Positions 38,880 through 51,532 of a stretch of 64,000 bases of DNA are shown in pieces. Position numbers and translations under genes: made by a program. The stretch is from NCBI GenBank assembly GCA_963699545.1, contig CAVOUE010000005.1:471354-535353 (forward strand), given 5' to 3'. The first letter of the stretch is position 1; the number at the start of each line of letters is the position of its first letter. The notes beneath the pieces are model-generated. The model was given only the letters and a program-made list of their open reading frames with translations, did not search any database and was not told where the DNA came from. This stretch comes from Nitrospirota bacterium. Lineage in GTDB: Bacteria > Nitrospirota > Thermodesulfovibrionia > Thermodesulfovibrionales > UBA9159.

Positions 38880-39614
38880 TTACACTCCCAGATACGCTGC
38901 CCTCACATGCTCGTCATTGAGCAATGCCTGCCCTGTCCCCTGAAGGGTTATTTTGCCGGTCTCGAGCACATAAGCCCTGTCAGCTATCGAAAGGGTCTGC
39001 TTCGTATTCTGCTCTACGACAAGAACCGTGGTTCCCTCTTCACGTATTTTTTTTATGACATTGAATATCTCTCGGACAAGGATAGGGGCGAGGCCCAGAG
39101 AAGGCTCATCGAACATCAGCAGTTTCGGCAATGACATCAGCCCTCTCCCTATCGCGACCATCTGCTGCTCACCGCCGCTCAATGTGCCCGCAAGCTGCCT
39201 TCTGCGTTCCTTGAGCCTCGGGAAGAGCCCAAATACCATCTCTTTCGTCTTCTGTCTCTGTCTCTTCGCATCGCCTTTCAGGGAACCCATGTCAAGGTTC
39301 TCCTCCACCGTCATCTCCACAAAGAGTCTTCTCGCTTCGGGACAGAGGGCCATTCCCATCTCTATGAGCCTGTATGCCTCGACTTTGTGGATGGGAGTGC
39401 CTTCAAAGAGGATATCTCCCTTCCTCGGTCTCAATATCCCGGAAACCGTCTTCAGGGTAGTGGATTTCCCTGCTCCGTTCGCACCGATAAGGGCAACCAC
39501 CTCCCCCTTCTTCACATCAAAGGAAACATCCCAGATCACCTGGACATCGCCATAAAAGACGTCGATATTTCTTATCTCAAGCACTTTTTTCCTCTCCGAG
39601 GTAGGCTTCAACAA
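38880..39614 (-). CDS. livF: Branched-chain amino acid ABC ATPase
   Basis: GANGAGKS, LSGGEQQM, DEPSLGLAP and AYLG. Confidence 0.92.
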   Translation of the reverse strand: MLKPTSERKKVLEIRNIDVFYGDVQVIWDVSFDVKKGEVVALIGANGAGKSTTLKTVSGILRPRKGDILFEGTPIHKVEAYRLIEMGMALCPEARRLFVEMTVEENLDMGSLKGDAKRQRQKTKEMVFGLFPRLKERRRQLAGTLSGGEQQMVAIGRGLMSLPKLLMFDEPSLGLAPILVREIFNVIKKIREEGTTVLVVEQNTKQTLSIADRAYVLETGKITLQGTGQALLNDEHVRAAYLGV

Positions 39615-40299
39615 CGAGAGGGTTGTTTGCTATCTCATGTGGTGTTCCCTCGGCGATCTTTTCACCATAGTTGAGAACCACTATCCGGTCCGAAATGGCC
39701 ATGATGACCTTCATGTGGTGCTCAATGATCATTATCGTTATCCCTCTTTCTTTTATCTTCCGTATGATCCCAATGGATTCATCAAGCTCATGCGGGTTAA
39801 GCCCTGCGAAGGACTCGTCCAGAAGAAGCATTTCGGGTTGCGTGGCAAGCGCCCTTGATATCTCGAGCTTCTTTCTCTTCCCGAGCGGGAGGCCCTTCGA
39901 AATAACATCCCTGTCATCAAGGAGACCGGTAAACGTGATCGTTTCCAAAGCTATCTCCACGGCCTGAGCCCTGCTCTTCACTCTCATGAAAGCGGAGGCG
40001 ATGACATTGTCAAGGACGCTCATCCTCTGGAGCGGCTTTACCACCTGAAAGGTCCTGGCGATCCCAAGCTTGCAGATCTGATGGGGCTTCAGACCGGATA
40101 TCTTCTTCTCCTGAAAAAAAACCTCTCCCTTTGTGGGCTTGTAGAACCCGTTCACTACGTTAAAAAGGGTCGTCTTGCCCGCGCCGTTCGGTCCGATCAG
40201 TCCGAGGATATCTCCTTTCCTGATGTCAAATGAGACTCCGCTCACCGCAGCAAGGCCGCCGAAGAACATTGACACCTTCTCGACGTGAAGCAAACTCAT
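39577..40299 (-). CDS. livG: Branched-chain amino acid ABC ATPase
   Basis: FGGL, GPNGAGKT, ARTFQ and IEHHM. Confidence 0.92.
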   Translation of the reverse strand: MSLLHVEKVSMFFGGLAAVSGVSFDIRKGDILGLIGPNGAGKTTLFNVVNGFYKPTKGEVFFQEKKISGLKPHQICKLGIARTFQVVKPLQRMSVLDNVIASAFMRVKSRAQAVEIALETITFTGLLDDRDVISKGLPLGKRKKLEISRALATQPEMLLLDESFAGLNPHELDESIGIIRKIKERGITIMIIEHHMKVIMAISDRIVVLNYGEKIAEGTPHEIANNPLVVEAYLGEEKSA

Positions 40300-41237
40300 G
40301 ATGATGTCCTCCCCAAGCCTACCAGCCTTTTCAGCTTCTTAAAATCGCCCACTATACCGTTGGGCAGGAAGATGATGATCACGATCAGCAGTATCCCGAA
40401 GAACGTCTGGTGCGCTGCGCCGAGGCCGGGAATGGACCGCACCCATTCCGCGAGCAGGACCATGATCACCGCGCCCACAAACGGTCCCCAGAATGTAGCG
40501 ACACCACCCACCATAACGATCATGATGGTGATGATCGATATATCGTGCAGGCCAAAGACAACATTGGGGTCAATATATCCCATGTAGTTCATATAGAACG
40601 CGCCGGCAATTCCGGTAAGAGCGCCGCTGATGCACAATGCTATCGTTTTATAGAGCGTGGTGTTTATTCCCAGGGACTCTGCAGCATCCTGATCTTCCCT
40701 GATCGCCACAAAGTAATATCCCAGTTTTGACTCTATCAGTTTCTTCACCAGGAAAAAAGAGCCTGCCGCGATGAGGAGGATGATATAGTAATACCAGATC
40801 TTGTCGACCCAGGTCCTCTCCCGTACCATTATCCCGAGCGTGCCGCCGGTTAAACCGCTCCAGTTCTCGGCAGTAACCCTCATCACTTCGCCGCTCGCAA
40901 GCGTAGCAAGGGCAAAAAACGGTCCCCTGAGTCTCAGGACCACATAACCGAGCGCAAAAGCGAACAGCGCAACGACGAGGACGCTCAGGGGGACACCCCA
41001 CCACGGAGATGCTCCCAGCTTGCTGTAAAGAATACCTGCGGTGTAAGCGCCGACGCCGAAATACGCTGCATGTCCGAAAGACACCTGGCCGCAGTATCCA
41101 CCCAGGAGATTCCAGGCCATGCCGATGATGGACCACATGATAACAAGTATAAATATATGCATCATGTAGCTGCTCAATCCGACCAGAGGCAGGATCGCTA
41201 AAAGAGCTAATGCGACAAGAGGAAAATACTTCTTCAC
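40296..41237 (-). CDS. livM: Branched-chain amino acid ABC permease
   Basis: WNLLGGYCGQVSFGHA and AIREDQDAAESLG. GTG start at 41237. Confidence 0.88.
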   Translation of the reverse strand: MKKYFPLVALALLAILPLVGLSSYMMHIFILVIMWSIIGMAWNLLGGYCGQVSFGHAAYFGVGAYTAGILYSKLGASPWWGVPLSVLVVALFAFALGYVVLRLRGPFFALATLASGEVMRVTAENWSGLTGGTLGIMVRERTWVDKIWYYYIILLIAAGSFFLVKKLIESKLGYYFVAIREDQDAAESLGINTTLYKTIALCISGALTGIAGAFYMNYMGYIDPNVVFGLHDISIITIMIVMVGGVATFWGPFVGAVIMVLLAEWVRSIPGLGAAHQTFFGILLIVIIIFLPNGIVGDFKKLKRLVGLGRTSS

Positions 41238-42171
41238 TTGCCTAACCTCTTTTTCTTCAGGAGAGACGCCACGCCGCCCGGGAAGGAAAATGAGACACGC
41301 TACGAATATCACGAACCTGCCCACAGGCGCCCAGCCCATACCCACATAGGTGGCGGTCATGGATTCAAAGACTCCCAGGATCAAACCGCCGATTATCGCT
41401 CCCACGGTGGAACCGAGCCCGCCGAGAATGGTTATGACGAATGCGATCAGGGTGAACTGGCCCCCGAGAGAAGGAAAGAGGTAATAGATCGGAATAAAAA
41501 GGCAGCCCGCAGCGCCCACGAGTCCGGAACCGATCCCAAAAGTGACCACCCGCATCAATTTCACATTCACTCCCATGAGGAGCGCAGCATCAAGGTCCTG
41601 CGCGGTAGCCCTGATGGACTTGCCCGTATCTGTCTTCGCAAGAAAGAACCAGAGGGCCGCGGTAATAAGGACGGCAAGGACAAAGGAGAACGGACCACGG
41701 AACCGAAACGGAGAGTTCTATGGGGGAAGCCTTCCAGAAATCGCTCAGATAGAAGGCATTGGTTGCATAGCTGACAGGGGTAGACCGATAATCGGACTTA
41801 AAAAACAGTGTGGCAAGATTCGCGAGGACCATTCCCACTCCCACCGTGAGTATAACCTGATTCTCAGGCAGAATCGATTCCACCTTGAGCACCGGGTTGA
41901 TAAGGAATTTCTGGATCCCGATGCCGAGAAAAAACAGGAGCGGTGTTGCGATAAAAACAGACAGGTAAGGGTCGATGTGGAAGACAACGAACATCCAGTA
42001 GGCGATGTACATGGCGACCATCATCAACTCGCCATGGGCAAGGTTGATGATCTTCATCACGCCCATAATGAGGGTCATACCGAGTCCGATAAGGGCATAA
42101 AGGCCGCCCAGCAGCAGGCCTGCTATCAGCGTTTGTAAAAGGACCTCAATCTGGACTGATGTCTTCTCCAC
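41234..42171 (-). CDS. livH: Branched-chain amino acid ABC permease (apparent frameshifts near 41690 and 41280)
   Basis: GLTL-like GMTLIMGVMKIINLAHGE at the N-terminus and ILGGLGS at the C-terminus in a different frame. Confidence 0.85.
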
Positions 42172-42191
42172 CCTCTTTCCTGTCGTTCAAC

Positions 42192-43383
42192 CTATCTTCT
42201 CTCTCTCCAGGTAGGAATAGGATATAGGTATTTCGTGGACGCATACGATTGAGGCCAGATGGTCTCGTGTTTGCCCTTGATAACCTGCAGGACAAGGGTG
42301 TCCATGAAATTCTGGTTCTGATACCCCTCTTTATCCTCAAATTTAATCGGACCGAAAGCCGTCATCCATCTTGGTGGCCTTCATCGCTTCGCGGATGTCT
42401 TCCGGTTTCATGCTCTTTGCCCTTTCGAGAACATCCTTGATAATATAAAGCGCTGAATATGCCTCTGCGCCGTGATAGGAGGGATACTCCGTGTATTTCT
42501 TCTTGTATTTCTCGGCGAATTCCTTCGCGCCCTTATACTTTGCCTGCTCGCTCCACAATGTGGCCGTTACAACATATTCCGCGGCATCCCTGGAGTTGGA
42601 AATAAATTCCGGTATCGCAAATCCCGCCGCGCCGCCGGCAAAGAGCTTTGCATCTATCCTCAGCTCCTTTATCTGCTTCATGAACAGTGATGCATCCATA
42701 ACATAGGAAACCATGTAGATGACGTCGGGCCTTGCCGCCTTCACCTTTGAGAGTATCGGCTTGAAATCCACCGCGCCCTTCTCATATTTCTCTTTGACCA
42801 GGACCTTCATGCCCATCTTCTCCGCCTGCTTGACCATATCCTCCGCGCCGGAGGTCCCGAAATCCGAGCTCTCATAGAGAATAGCGATGGATTGCGGCTT
42901 CACAACCTGTTTCAGAAAGGAGATGAGTCCGACTGCATAATATGCATTGGAGGGGTTCATGCGGAATACATATTTATAGTTCTGCTGGGTAATGGAATCG
43001 TCTGCGCCGGTGACGACCAGATACGGGGTCTTTCTTTCATTGGCAACTGCTGCCACAGCTTTTGAGCAGGATGAGCTGTATTCACCGAAAATTAGAGGCT
43101 GTTTCTTTACGTCGATCAGCTTCTCTGCTATCGACCTTGCTATCTCCGGTTTCCCCTGGGAATCCTCAAAGGTTAAAACAACTCTCTTGCCTTTAATCCC
43201 ACCCTTGGCATTGATCTCCTCAGCAGCAATCTCATATGACTTCTTTTCCATTTCACCGAATTTTGCCTGACCCCCCGTCAGGGGAAGGGGTATGCTCAGA
43301 TCAAGGGTATCCGCCGCATACAACGCACCCGCAAACAGGCTCAACACAAATGAAAGGACCACTGCCAGTGATAAACGTCTCAT
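42192..43383 (-). CDS. Branched-chain amino acid ABC substrate-binding protein (apparent frameshift near 42365)
   Basis: Signal peptide, PLTG, EINAKGGIKG. The C-terminus TAFGPIKF...IWP...PIPTWRER is in another frame. Confidence 0.88.
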
Positions 43384-43556
43384 TCTTACCTCCTCGATCT
43401 TCTTTGAATACGCTGGCCGATCATCCTAAAAAGTGTAATCCGTCCAGTCGTTAAGAATTCCTCTAAACAAGACCTACATAAAGTGAAGAATCTGTGAATT
43501 TTCTATTAATAAAATATATAGCATTATTGGGTCCGAAAAGCAATATAAATATCCGT

Positions 43557-44336
43557 CTATCCCGAAAAAGGCCCCGAAAGGGGTTTCCTTCCCGTCTCTT
43601 TCACCTCCGCCTTCATGAACTCTCTGTTCAGTTTCGCTATGAACTGAACTTTGATCCCTTTGGGACAGGCTGCCTGGCATTCATAGTGGTTGCTGCAATT
43701 GCCGAAGCCTTCCTGCAGCATCGTTTCGGTCATTACACAGACACGCCGCGCAGCCTCAACATGCCCCTGGGGCAGCATGGCAAGATGGGTGACCTTTGCT
43801 GCGGTAAAAAGCATGGCTGAACCATTGGGGCATGCCGCGACACATGCCCCGCATCCGATGCACTCAGACGCGTCCATGGCGGTGTCTGCATCTGCCTTTG
43901 GGATGAGGACAGCATTGGCATCAGGAACTCCCCCGGTGTGGACAGAGATATATCCTCCTGACTGGATAATGCGTTCCAGGGCGCTGCGGTCCACGATGAG
44001 GTCTCTTATGACCGGGAATGCCCTGGCACGCAAGGGTTCGATATAGAGCGTGTCTCCGTCCCTGAAATGCCTCATGTGAAGCTGGCAGACCGTCGTCTTT
44101 TCCTGCGGTCCATGGGGGATGCCGTTAATGACCTGAGAGCACATGCCGCAGATCCCCTCCCGGCAGTCGTGATCAAAGGCTATGGGCTCCTTTCCGCTCC
44201 TGATCAGGTCTTCATTCACTACATCGAGCATCTCAAGGAACGACATTCCCGGACTTATGTTCTTCGCTTCATAGTGCTCAAGCCTTCCCGGTTCATCCGG
44301 GCCCTTCTGCCGCCAGACATAGAGCATAAGGTTCAT
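43557..44336 (-). CDS. sdhB: Succinate dehydrogenase/fumarate reductase Fe-S subunit
   Basis: [18 protein letters not shown] and CSNHYEC..CP. Confidence 0.93.
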   Translation of the reverse strand: MNLMLYVWRQKGPDEPGRLEHYEAKNISPGMSFLEMLDVVNEDLIRSGKEPIAFDHDCREGICGMCSQVINGIPHGPQEKTTVCQLHMRHFRDGDTLYIEPLRARAFPVIRDLIVDRSALERIIQSGGYISVHTGGVPDANAVLIPKADADTAMDASECIGCGACVAACPNGSAMLFTAAKVTHLAMLPQGHVEAARRVCVMTETMLQEGFGNCSNHYECQAACPKGIKVQFIAKLNREFMKAEVKETGRKPLSGPFSG

Positions 44337-46249
44337 TATTTGTAACTCCTCACAGCGAGGTGGACATTCTCGAACACCAGCGGCTCCCTGTGCATTTCAG
44401 GCTCTTTGTCAACGCCCCTGAATTCCCAGGCCGCGACATAGCAAAAATTCTCATCATCCCGCCTCGCCTCCCCATCGGACATCTGGTATTCCACACGGAA
44501 ATGGCCGCCGCAGGACTCCCTGCGATGAAGGGCGTCACGGGCCATCAGCTCTCCGAATTCCAGGAAGTCCGCAACGCGACCGGCTTTTTCCAGTTCCTGG
44601 TTCAGCTCAGCGCCGCTGCCGGGAACCCTCACGTTCTGCCAGAATTCGGCACGGAGTTCGGGGATCAGTTTCAGCGCCTTCCTGAGGCCTTCCTCGCTCC
44701 GCGCCATGCCCACATACTCCCACATGATCTTTCCCAGCTCACGATGGAACTCGTTCACTGTCCTCTTCCCCTTCAGGGACAGAAGCCTTCCTGCAAGGGC
44801 ATCCACATCTTCCCGGGATCTCCTGAATTCAGGGTGGTCAATACTCACCTTGCCGGGCCTTGTCTGCGCGAGGTAGTTCGCAATAGTGTAAGGGATCACG
44901 AAATACCCGTCAGCCAGTCCCTGCATGAGCGCACTCGCCCCGAGACGGTTCGCCCCGTGGTCGGAAAAGTTTGCCTCCCCCAGGACAAAAAGCCCGGTAA
45001 TCGTGCTCTGAAGGTTATAATCCACCCAGAGGCCGCCCATAGCGTAATGCGGCGCCGGATAGATGCGCATCGGCTCCTTATAGGCGTTTTCAGCAGTGAT
45101 CTTTTCATACATATCGAAGAGGTTGCCGTACCGCTCGCGGATCGTTTTCTCACCGAGTCGTTCGATGGCGTCTGCAAAATCAAGGTAAACACCACGTCCG
45201 CCGGCGCCGACACCCCGTCCCTCGTCACAGACCTCTTTTGCAGCGCGGGAAGCGATATCCCGCGGTGCGAGATTGCCGTAGCTCGGGTATTTGCGCTCCA
45301 GGTAATAGTCCCGTTCGGATTCGGGTATTTCATGAGAAGGTCGCTTGTCTCCTGCTGCCTTTGGCACCCAGACCCTGCCGTCGTTCCTGAGGGACTCCGA
45401 CATGAGGGTAAGCTTGGACTGGTGATCGCCGCTCACAGGGATGCAGGTGGGATGTATTTGCGTATAGCAGGGGTTTGCAAAGAACGCGCCCTTCTTATAC
45501 GCGCGGCAGGTCGCGGTCACATTGGATCCCATCGCGTTTGTGGAAAGATGGAACACGTTGGCATACCCGCCCGTGCAAAGACAGACCGCGTCCCCCGCGC
45601 AGCAACGTATCGCTCCGGTGACGAGATCCCGCACGGTGATCCCCTTTGCCTCTCCATCCACGATAACAAGATCCAGCATTTCTGTGCGGGGATGAAGGCG
45701 CACGGTGCCGGCCTTCACTTGCCGGGAAAGGGCTGCATAGGCCCCCATTAATAACTGTTGCCCGGTCTGTCCTCTGGCGTAGAAGGTGCGCGAAACCTGG
45801 GCCCCGCCAAAGGAGCGGTTCTCGAGATACCCTGCGTAGTCACGGGCAAAAGGGACTCCCTGCGCGACGCACTGGTCGATAATGTTGTTGCTCACCATCG
45901 CCAGCCGATAGACATTCGCCTCGCGCGCCCTGAAATCCCCTCCTTTGACGGTGTCATAGAAAAGGCGAAAGATGCTGTCTCCGTCGCCCGGGTAGTTCTT
46001 GGCCGCATTGATCCCTCCCTGAGCGGCTATGCTGTGCCCCCTTCGCGGACTGTCCTGATAACAGAACGCTTCAACGTTATACCCCAGTTCTCCGAGAGTG
46101 GCGGCAGCAGATGCTCCGGCAAGACCGGTGCCCACCACAATGATCGTGTATTTCCGCTTATTGGCGGGATTCACCAATTTCATTTCATGGCGATGCTTAT
46201 CCCACTTTTCAGAGAGCGGACCGGATGGGCACTTCCCGTCAAGGATCAC
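44336..46249 (-). CDS. sdhA: Succinate dehydrogenase/fumarate reductase flavoprotein
   Basis: [25 protein letters not shown] and HGANRLGA. Confidence 0.95.
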   Translation of the reverse strand: MILDGKCPSGPLSEKWDKHRHEMKLVNPANKRKYTIIVVGTGLAGASAAATLGELGYNVEAFCYQDSPRRGHSIAAQGGINAAKNYPGDGDSIFRLFYDTVKGGDFRAREANVYRLAMVSNNIIDQCVAQGVPFARDYAGYLENRSFGGAQVSRTFYARGQTGQQLLMGAYAALSRQVKAGTVRLHPRTEMLDLVIVDGEAKGITVRDLVTGAIRCCAGDAVCLCTGGYANVFHLSTNAMGSNVTATCRAYKKGAFFANPCYTQIHPTCIPVSGDHQSKLTLMSESLRNDGRVWVPKAAGDKRPSHEIPESERDYYLERKYPSYGNLAPRDIASRAAKEVCDEGRGVGAGGRGVYLDFADAIERLGEKTIRERYGNLFDMYEKITAENAYKEPMRIYPAPHYAMGGLWVDYNLQSTITGLFVLGEANFSDHGANRLGASALMQGLADGYFVIPYTIANYLAQTRPGKVSIDHPEFRRSREDVDALAGRLLSLKGKRTVNEFHRELGKIMWEYVGMARSEEGLRKALKLIPELRAEFWQNVRVPGSGAELNQELEKAGRVADFLEFGELMARDALHRRESCGGHFRVEYQMSDGEARRDDENFCYVAAWEFRGVDKEPEMHREPLVFENVHLAVRSYK

Positions 46250-46256
46250 GATATCT

Positions 46257-46931
46257 CTATCCTTTCAATATCCCTGCGAGGATAATAAGCGGGATCGCTA
46301 TATAGCCGAGGAAAATAATAATGGCTGCAAACGTCCCGGACCTTATAATGACAGGAAAAGTCCTGTCATTGTTCAACCCCAGCGTCTGAAAGAAGCTCTG
46401 TATGCCGTGGGCCAGATGTAAAGCAAGTGCGATCATTGCGCCGATATAGATGGACGCAATAAGATATCGCTGGAAACTGAGCACCACCATATGAAACACA
46501 TCCGGCCGCCCCGCTGCATCCAGGTTCCTGACCGCAGAGATCTCGGGGTTGGTGACCTGAACGGTGAAATGGAGGAGATGGTAAATAAGGAAAACCCCGA
46601 TGATGCACCCTGACCAGATCATGTTCTTTCCGGCAAAGGTGGCGCTGAGATCTTTCTTCACCGCATACCCCTGCGGTTTTGCCTTGTTGTTTTCGAGGGT
46701 CAACTGAATACCATAAAAAACGTGGAGAGAGAACAGTACGATCATGACCAGTCGGTAAGCCCAGACAAAGGGACCGAACTCGTGGAGTTTCATGGCGTAG
46801 GCATTGATACCGCCCGGACCGGCGAAGATCGAGGTGTTCCCCAGGAAGTGCGCAACGACAAACAGCACCATCAGCAGGCCGCTTACGGCCATGACGATCT
46901 TCCTGCCCACTATGCTCTTAAGGAATTGCAT
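46257..46931 (-). CDS. sdhC: Succinate dehydrogenase cytochrome b subunit
   Basis: Five TM helices with His ligands; [25 protein letters not shown]. Confidence 0.92.
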   Translation of the reverse strand: MQFLKSIVGRKIVMAVSGLLMVLFVVAHFLGNTSIFAGPGGINAYAMKLHEFGPFVWAYRLVMIVLFSLHVFYGIQLTLENNKAKPQGYAVKKDLSATFAGKNMIWSGCIIGVFLIYHLLHFTVQVTNPEISAVRNLDAAGRPDVFHMVVLSFQRYLIASIYIGAMIALALHLAHGIQSFFQTLGLNNDRTFPVIIRSGTFAAIIIFLGYIAIPLIILAGILKG

Positions 46932-46934
46932 CTT

Positions 46935-48342
46935 CTACCTTCTCGCGAGCCCCGTCTTCCTCGCCGCCTCCGCCACTGCGTGGGCGACATTGGTGACGAC
47001 CTTCCGGTCAAAGCCGCTGGGTATGATGTAGTCCTCATGGAGGTCGTCATCTTTGATCGTATAGGCCATAGCCCTGGCGGCAGCAAATTTAACTTCTTCA
47101 TTCACCCCCCTGGCCCTGGCGTCCAGCAATCCACGAAATATTCCCGGAAAACTGAGCATATTGTTTATCTGGTTTGGATAGTCAGACCGGCCGGTGGCAA
47201 GGACCCTCACGAGTGGAAGGGCGTCCTCAGGCGCTATCTCGGGGTCTGGATTTGCAAGGGCAAAGACTATTCGCTCCTTGGACATCCTCTTAATGTCATC
47301 AGGTGTTATGATATTCGGTGCTGAAAGACCGATGAAGACATCCGCTCCCTTCATTGCATCCGATATGCTCCCCTTGACCTTTCTGGGATTTGTCATTCTT
47401 GCAAGCGCTCTCAGGTGAGGGTCCATACCCTGTTCTCCTGCCGATATGAACAGTGCCGTACTTGTCACAAACGGTAATATCTTTCGCTCCGTACGCTGAA
47501 ATGATCCTGGCAGTGGCCGAACCTGCGGCACCTGCCCCCACCACAACCACCCTGAACTTCTTTATGTCACGCTTTAGTAACCTCGCAACGTTGATCAGGG
47601 CCGCAAGGACGACCACAGCAGTCCCATGCTGGTCATCGTGGATGACAGGGATATCAAGCTCTTTCCTCAAACGCTCCTCGATCTCAAAACACCGCGGGGC
47701 AGAGATATCCTCGAGGTTTATGCCGCCAAAAGGCGTTGCAATATACTTAACTGTCCTGACGATCTCCTCGGTATCCTTTGTGCTCAACGCGATGGGGAAG
47801 GCATCGATCCCTGCAAACTCCTTGAAGATCATGGCCTTGCCTTCCATGACCGGCATGGCCGCCTCAGGCCCTATGTCGCCGAGACCGAGGACAGCGGTTC
47901 CGTCAGTGATAACAGCGACCGAATTGCCCTTAATGGTATATCGGTATGCGTGATCTTTATGTTCCTGGATATCCCTGCAGACCCTTGCCACACCGGGCGT
48001 ATATACCTGGGAGAGGTCTTCCCTGTCCCTCACGTGCACCTTGTTATGGATCTCTATCTTGCCGCCTTCGTGAGCAGAGAAGGTCCTGTCCATGACCCTG
48101 AGGACCTTGACCCCGTCTATGTTCCTGATGGAATTGACGATCTTTCTTTCATGCTGCTCATCGCGGGCATTGACGGTAATATCCCGCACGATCGTCCCCT
48201 TTTCAACGCGAACAATGTCGATGGCTCCCATGTCCCCGCCCACATGGCTGACCGCGTTCGCTATGCGGGAGAACATACCGACACGGTTCTCTATCGCTGC
48301 ACGGACAGTTATGCTGTAGCTCGGACTCGGAATACGCATCAT
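46935..48342 (-). CDS. Malic enzyme with N-terminal ACT domain (apparent frameshift near 47440)
   Basis: YTPGV, TDGTAVLGLG, NLEDI, HDDQHGT, GAGAAG, ANPDPEI and TGRSDYPNQ. Confidence 0.92.
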
Positions 48343-48465
48343 ATCAGCCCTCCTTCAGTCCCGTCGAGAAAGGGACTAACAATAAGAATATCAAATTAGA
48401 AAATTAAATTCAATTATAGGGAATGGTATAATATCCAATGCAGATCATTTTGCCCATAACTGCCC

Positions 48466-49587
48466 ATGAAGATCGCCCTCTATAACGTCACCACTACCAC
48501 AAAGTCAGGGGGGATAGAGACCTTTAACTGGGAACTGGCAAAGGTGCTGGCAAAGAGAGGCCACACTATTCACCTCTATGGCGGGGAAAGCGGTTTCGTT
48601 TATGAGAATCCTCAGGGAACCAGGGTCTTCATCTACCCGTTCGTCAGGAGGGAACGTTTTCCGAATTTCGGAACGAGGTTCCGCAGATTCATGGAGCGTT
48701 TGTCCTTCGGATCTCATGCGCTCAGGGATCTCATCAAAGAAGCGTATGATTATATCTATCTCATCAAACCGTACGATATCCCCATAGCCTTGCTGGCTTC
48801 CGCCCGTTCCGGGGCACAGGTGATCTTCGGCTCTTCAGGTACCGAGTTTTTCCCGGGATATAAACACCTGGTGAAAAAAGTCGACCACTTTCTTGCCTGC
48901 AGTGAATTTAATGCCTCACAGATAGAGCGATACTGCGGGCTCAGGCCTGTTGTCGTACACAACGGAGTGGACATCGAACTGTTCAAGCCATTGAGCCCTG
49001 ACGAGGAGATCAGGGATACCCTGAAACTCACGGACCGTGACATTGTGGTTATGACCGTGGGCCGTCTGGTGGGCCTTAAGGGGATCGCGTATGCAATCAG
49101 GGCGGTGGCAAGGGTAGTGAAGAAAGGATGCCAGGTGAAATTTTTCATCATCGGAGAAGGGGAAGAGAGGGATGATCTGGAGGGACTCGTGCAGGCCATG
49201 CATATGGAAAAACACGTCTTTTTGCTGGGCAATGTTCCAAATTCTGCACTTCCGAGATACTATTCGCTCGCCACATTGGCGGTCTTTCCCAGTATCGCGG
49301 AAGAAGCCTTCGGCATTTCGATCACTGAGGCCATGGCATGCGGGGTACCCTCTGTCTCGACCGCAACGGGCGCAGTTCCGGAGGTTGTAGGCGATGCAGG
49401 ACTTCTCGTTGCTCCCGGAAACGACGATGCGCTGGCAAAGGCCATGGAGAGGCTCATCTGCGATGAAACCCTCAGAAAACAGTTCGGTGTGAGCGGGAGA
49501 AAGCGGATCGAAGAGAACTTCGGCTGGGACAGCATCGCAGACACATTTGAAGGCATATTCTCTGGAAGTCGGAGTAACGTGGAATGA
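48466..49587 (+). CDS. Glycosyltransferase family 4
   Basis: GGIE, HNGVD, GRLVGLKG and EAFGISITEAMACG. Confidence 0.92.
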   Translation: MKIALYNVTTTTKSGGIETFNWELAKVLAKRGHTIHLYGGESGFVYENPQGTRVFIYPFVRRERFPNFGTRFRRFMERLSFGSHALRDLIKEAYDYIYLIKPYDIPIALLASARSGAQVIFGSSGTEFFPGYKHLVKKVDHFLACSEFNASQIERYCGLRPVVVHNGVDIELFKPLSPDEEIRDTLKLTDRDIVVMTVGRLVGLKGIAYAIRAVARVVKKGCQVKFFIIGEGEERDDLEGLVQAMHMEKHVFLLGNVPNSALPRYYSLATLAVFPSIAEEAFGISITEAMACGVPSVSTATGAVPEVVGDAGLLVAPGNDDALAKAMERLICDETLRKQFGVSGRKRIEENFGWDSIADTFEGIFSGSRSNVE

Positions 49588-50625
49588 ACCAGGAACGCCT
49601 TCTTAAGATCGTCCGGTATAGCGGGATACACAGGGCTTTCCGTCCCTTTTATTCAGGCATAGGGAGCATCCTCATGTTGCACAGGATCGCAAAGAGGGAC
49701 GCCACGGCGCGCATAGAGAAGAATAGGAGGAGCGAGGTCTCTCCGGAATATCTTGAATTCCTCGTCAATTATTTCACGGCAAGCGGGTATGAAATTGTCT
49801 CTCTCGATGAACTCGGCGAGATATCTCGCACAGAACAGGAAACAAAAAAAATGTGTGGTCTTCACCTTTGATGATGGGTATGCGGACGTTTATTCACTGG
49901 CGTATCCCATCTTCAGGAAATATGGCCTGCCCTTTACGGTCTATGTCTCTACAGATTATCCCGATAAGAAAGCGGTCCTGTGGGCGTACCTCCTTGAAGA
50001 TCTGGTATTGAAGAACGAGGCCGTTCGCTTCACACATTACGGAAGGCACCATTCATTTGCCGCATCCACAGACGCCCAGAAGGAAGCTGCTTTTCATTCG
50101 ATCCGAAGCCTGATAATAAAGCACGGAGAAAATAATCTGGCCCTGCTCCTGAAAGATATTTTTGAACCGTACGGCATGAACATTTCCGAGTATTCCCACA
50201 AACTGGTCCTTGACTGGAACCAGCTGACGATCATGAGCGAGGACCCTTTGGTGACCATCGGCGCTCATACCGTACATCACTATGCCCTCAGCAGACTGCA
50301 CGGGGAACAGGTGGAACATGAGATAAACGCGTCAAGGGAGATCATCGAAAGTCGCATCGGGAAGAAGGTCGAGCACTTTTCCTATCCCTTCGGCAGCAGG
50401 GGAGAGGCGGGAAAAAGAGAGTTCAGAATGGTGAAGGACACCGGCTTCAAGACCGCGACGACCACAAGGATAGGGAACATCTTCCCGGAACACAAAGACC
50501 ACCTGGAATGTCTTCCAAGGATCCCGATCAGCGGGAACAGGGAGGATGTGCTCTCTCTTGAATCATTCCTGAGCGGTTATATCCCGGCATTATCGCACAG
50601 ATTCAGGAAGGTCGTTACCGATTGA
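49584..50625 (+). CDS. Polysaccharide deacetylase (apparent frameshift near 49820)
   Basis: ILMLHR, TFDDGY, GAHTVHH and FSYPFG. Confidence 0.88.
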
Positions 50626-50740
50626 GAGGAGAGATGATCTCCCTTCATGTGGGCCAGCGAAACAGAAAAGCCTGAACTCATAAGGTCGATTTCGACCCCA
50701 GAACTTCGCACGTCAAACTTTTATTTTGCACCCCGAGCGT

Positions 50741-51226
50741 TCAGCCTTCCACGATGCTGTGCTCTTCCCACATGAACCAGCTTCCCGAATCATGCAGGAA
50801 GAAGTAGGTATTGGAAAACACCGCAAAATGCTGCTCTTCTTCCTTGAGCAGTCGCTCGAAGAGCGCCCTCTCTTTGGCTGACGGAGCTACGGACGCCGCC
50901 TTCCGGTAGAACTCCATGCCCTCCTTCTCCATCTCCATGGCGATCCTGAAGGCGTCCAATTCATCGTCCGTTGCCTGAACACGCTCCATCATTTCATTTT
51001 TCAGCTCTTCAAATACCGTCCTGATGGCCTTCATGGGATGGATATCTTTTGCGGTGATATCCATCCCCTTTATGATGTCGCCCAGCATCTGAAGGTGGCG
51101 CTTTTCATCTTCCACGATCGAGAGGAACATCCGCTGCCCCACCTTGTTCTTCACCTTCCCGGCAGCTGTCGTGTAAAAATCGACAGCATCGGTCTCCATC
51201 TTTGCGGCTATTTCAACGGCATTCAT
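50741..51226 (-). CDS. Ferritin-like / rubrerythrin-family di-iron protein
   Basis: Duplicated E..FY...E--H motifs. Confidence 0.88.
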   Translation of the reverse strand: MNAVEIAAKMETDAVDFYTTAAGKVKNKVGQRMFLSIVEDEKRHLQMLGDIIKGMDITAKDIHPMKAIRTVFEELKNEMMERVQATDDELDAFRIAMEMEKEGMEFYRKAASVAPSAKERALFERLLKEEEQHFAVFSNTYFFLHDSGSWFMWEEHSIVEG

Positions 51227-51241
51227 GGGATCCCCTCCGGA

Positions 51242-51400
51242 TCATAATTTTTCGAACATATCCTTGGTTGCTCCGCACACCGGACACACCCAGCCTTCGG
51301 GCAGTTGCTCAAAGGGAGTTCCTGCAGGGATTCCCCCGTCAGGGTCCCCGGTTTCAGGATCATAGATATACCCGCACACAACACATTTCCATCTTTCCAT
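51242..51400 (-). CDS. Rubredoxin (absent from the ORF track)
   Basis: Manual translation: [52 protein letters not shown]. Confidence 0.95.
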   Translation of the reverse strand: MERWKCVVCGYIYDPETGDPDGGIPAGTPFEQLPEGWVCPVCGATKDMFEKL

Positions 51401-51532
51401 GAGACAGCACCCTCCAATCTGATGGTGAATTTTAGATGTAAAGCAGATAGTTAACTTTATTAGGAATATCTCGCATTGTCAAGAAAAAACTCCGAAATGA
51501 TATAATGCTAACAGGAAAAGGATTGGCGCATA

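Noticed and set aside
40296-41576. Apparent LivH-LivM fusion ORF
   Set aside because: One extra base near 41280 joins them. Correcting it gives a LivH stop overlapping the LivM GTG start.
44360-45751. 463-aa + strand ORF and similar long antisense ORFs over uvrA, deaD and the ABC genes
   Set aside because: These are antisense shadows of well-supported genes in GC-rich coding sequence.
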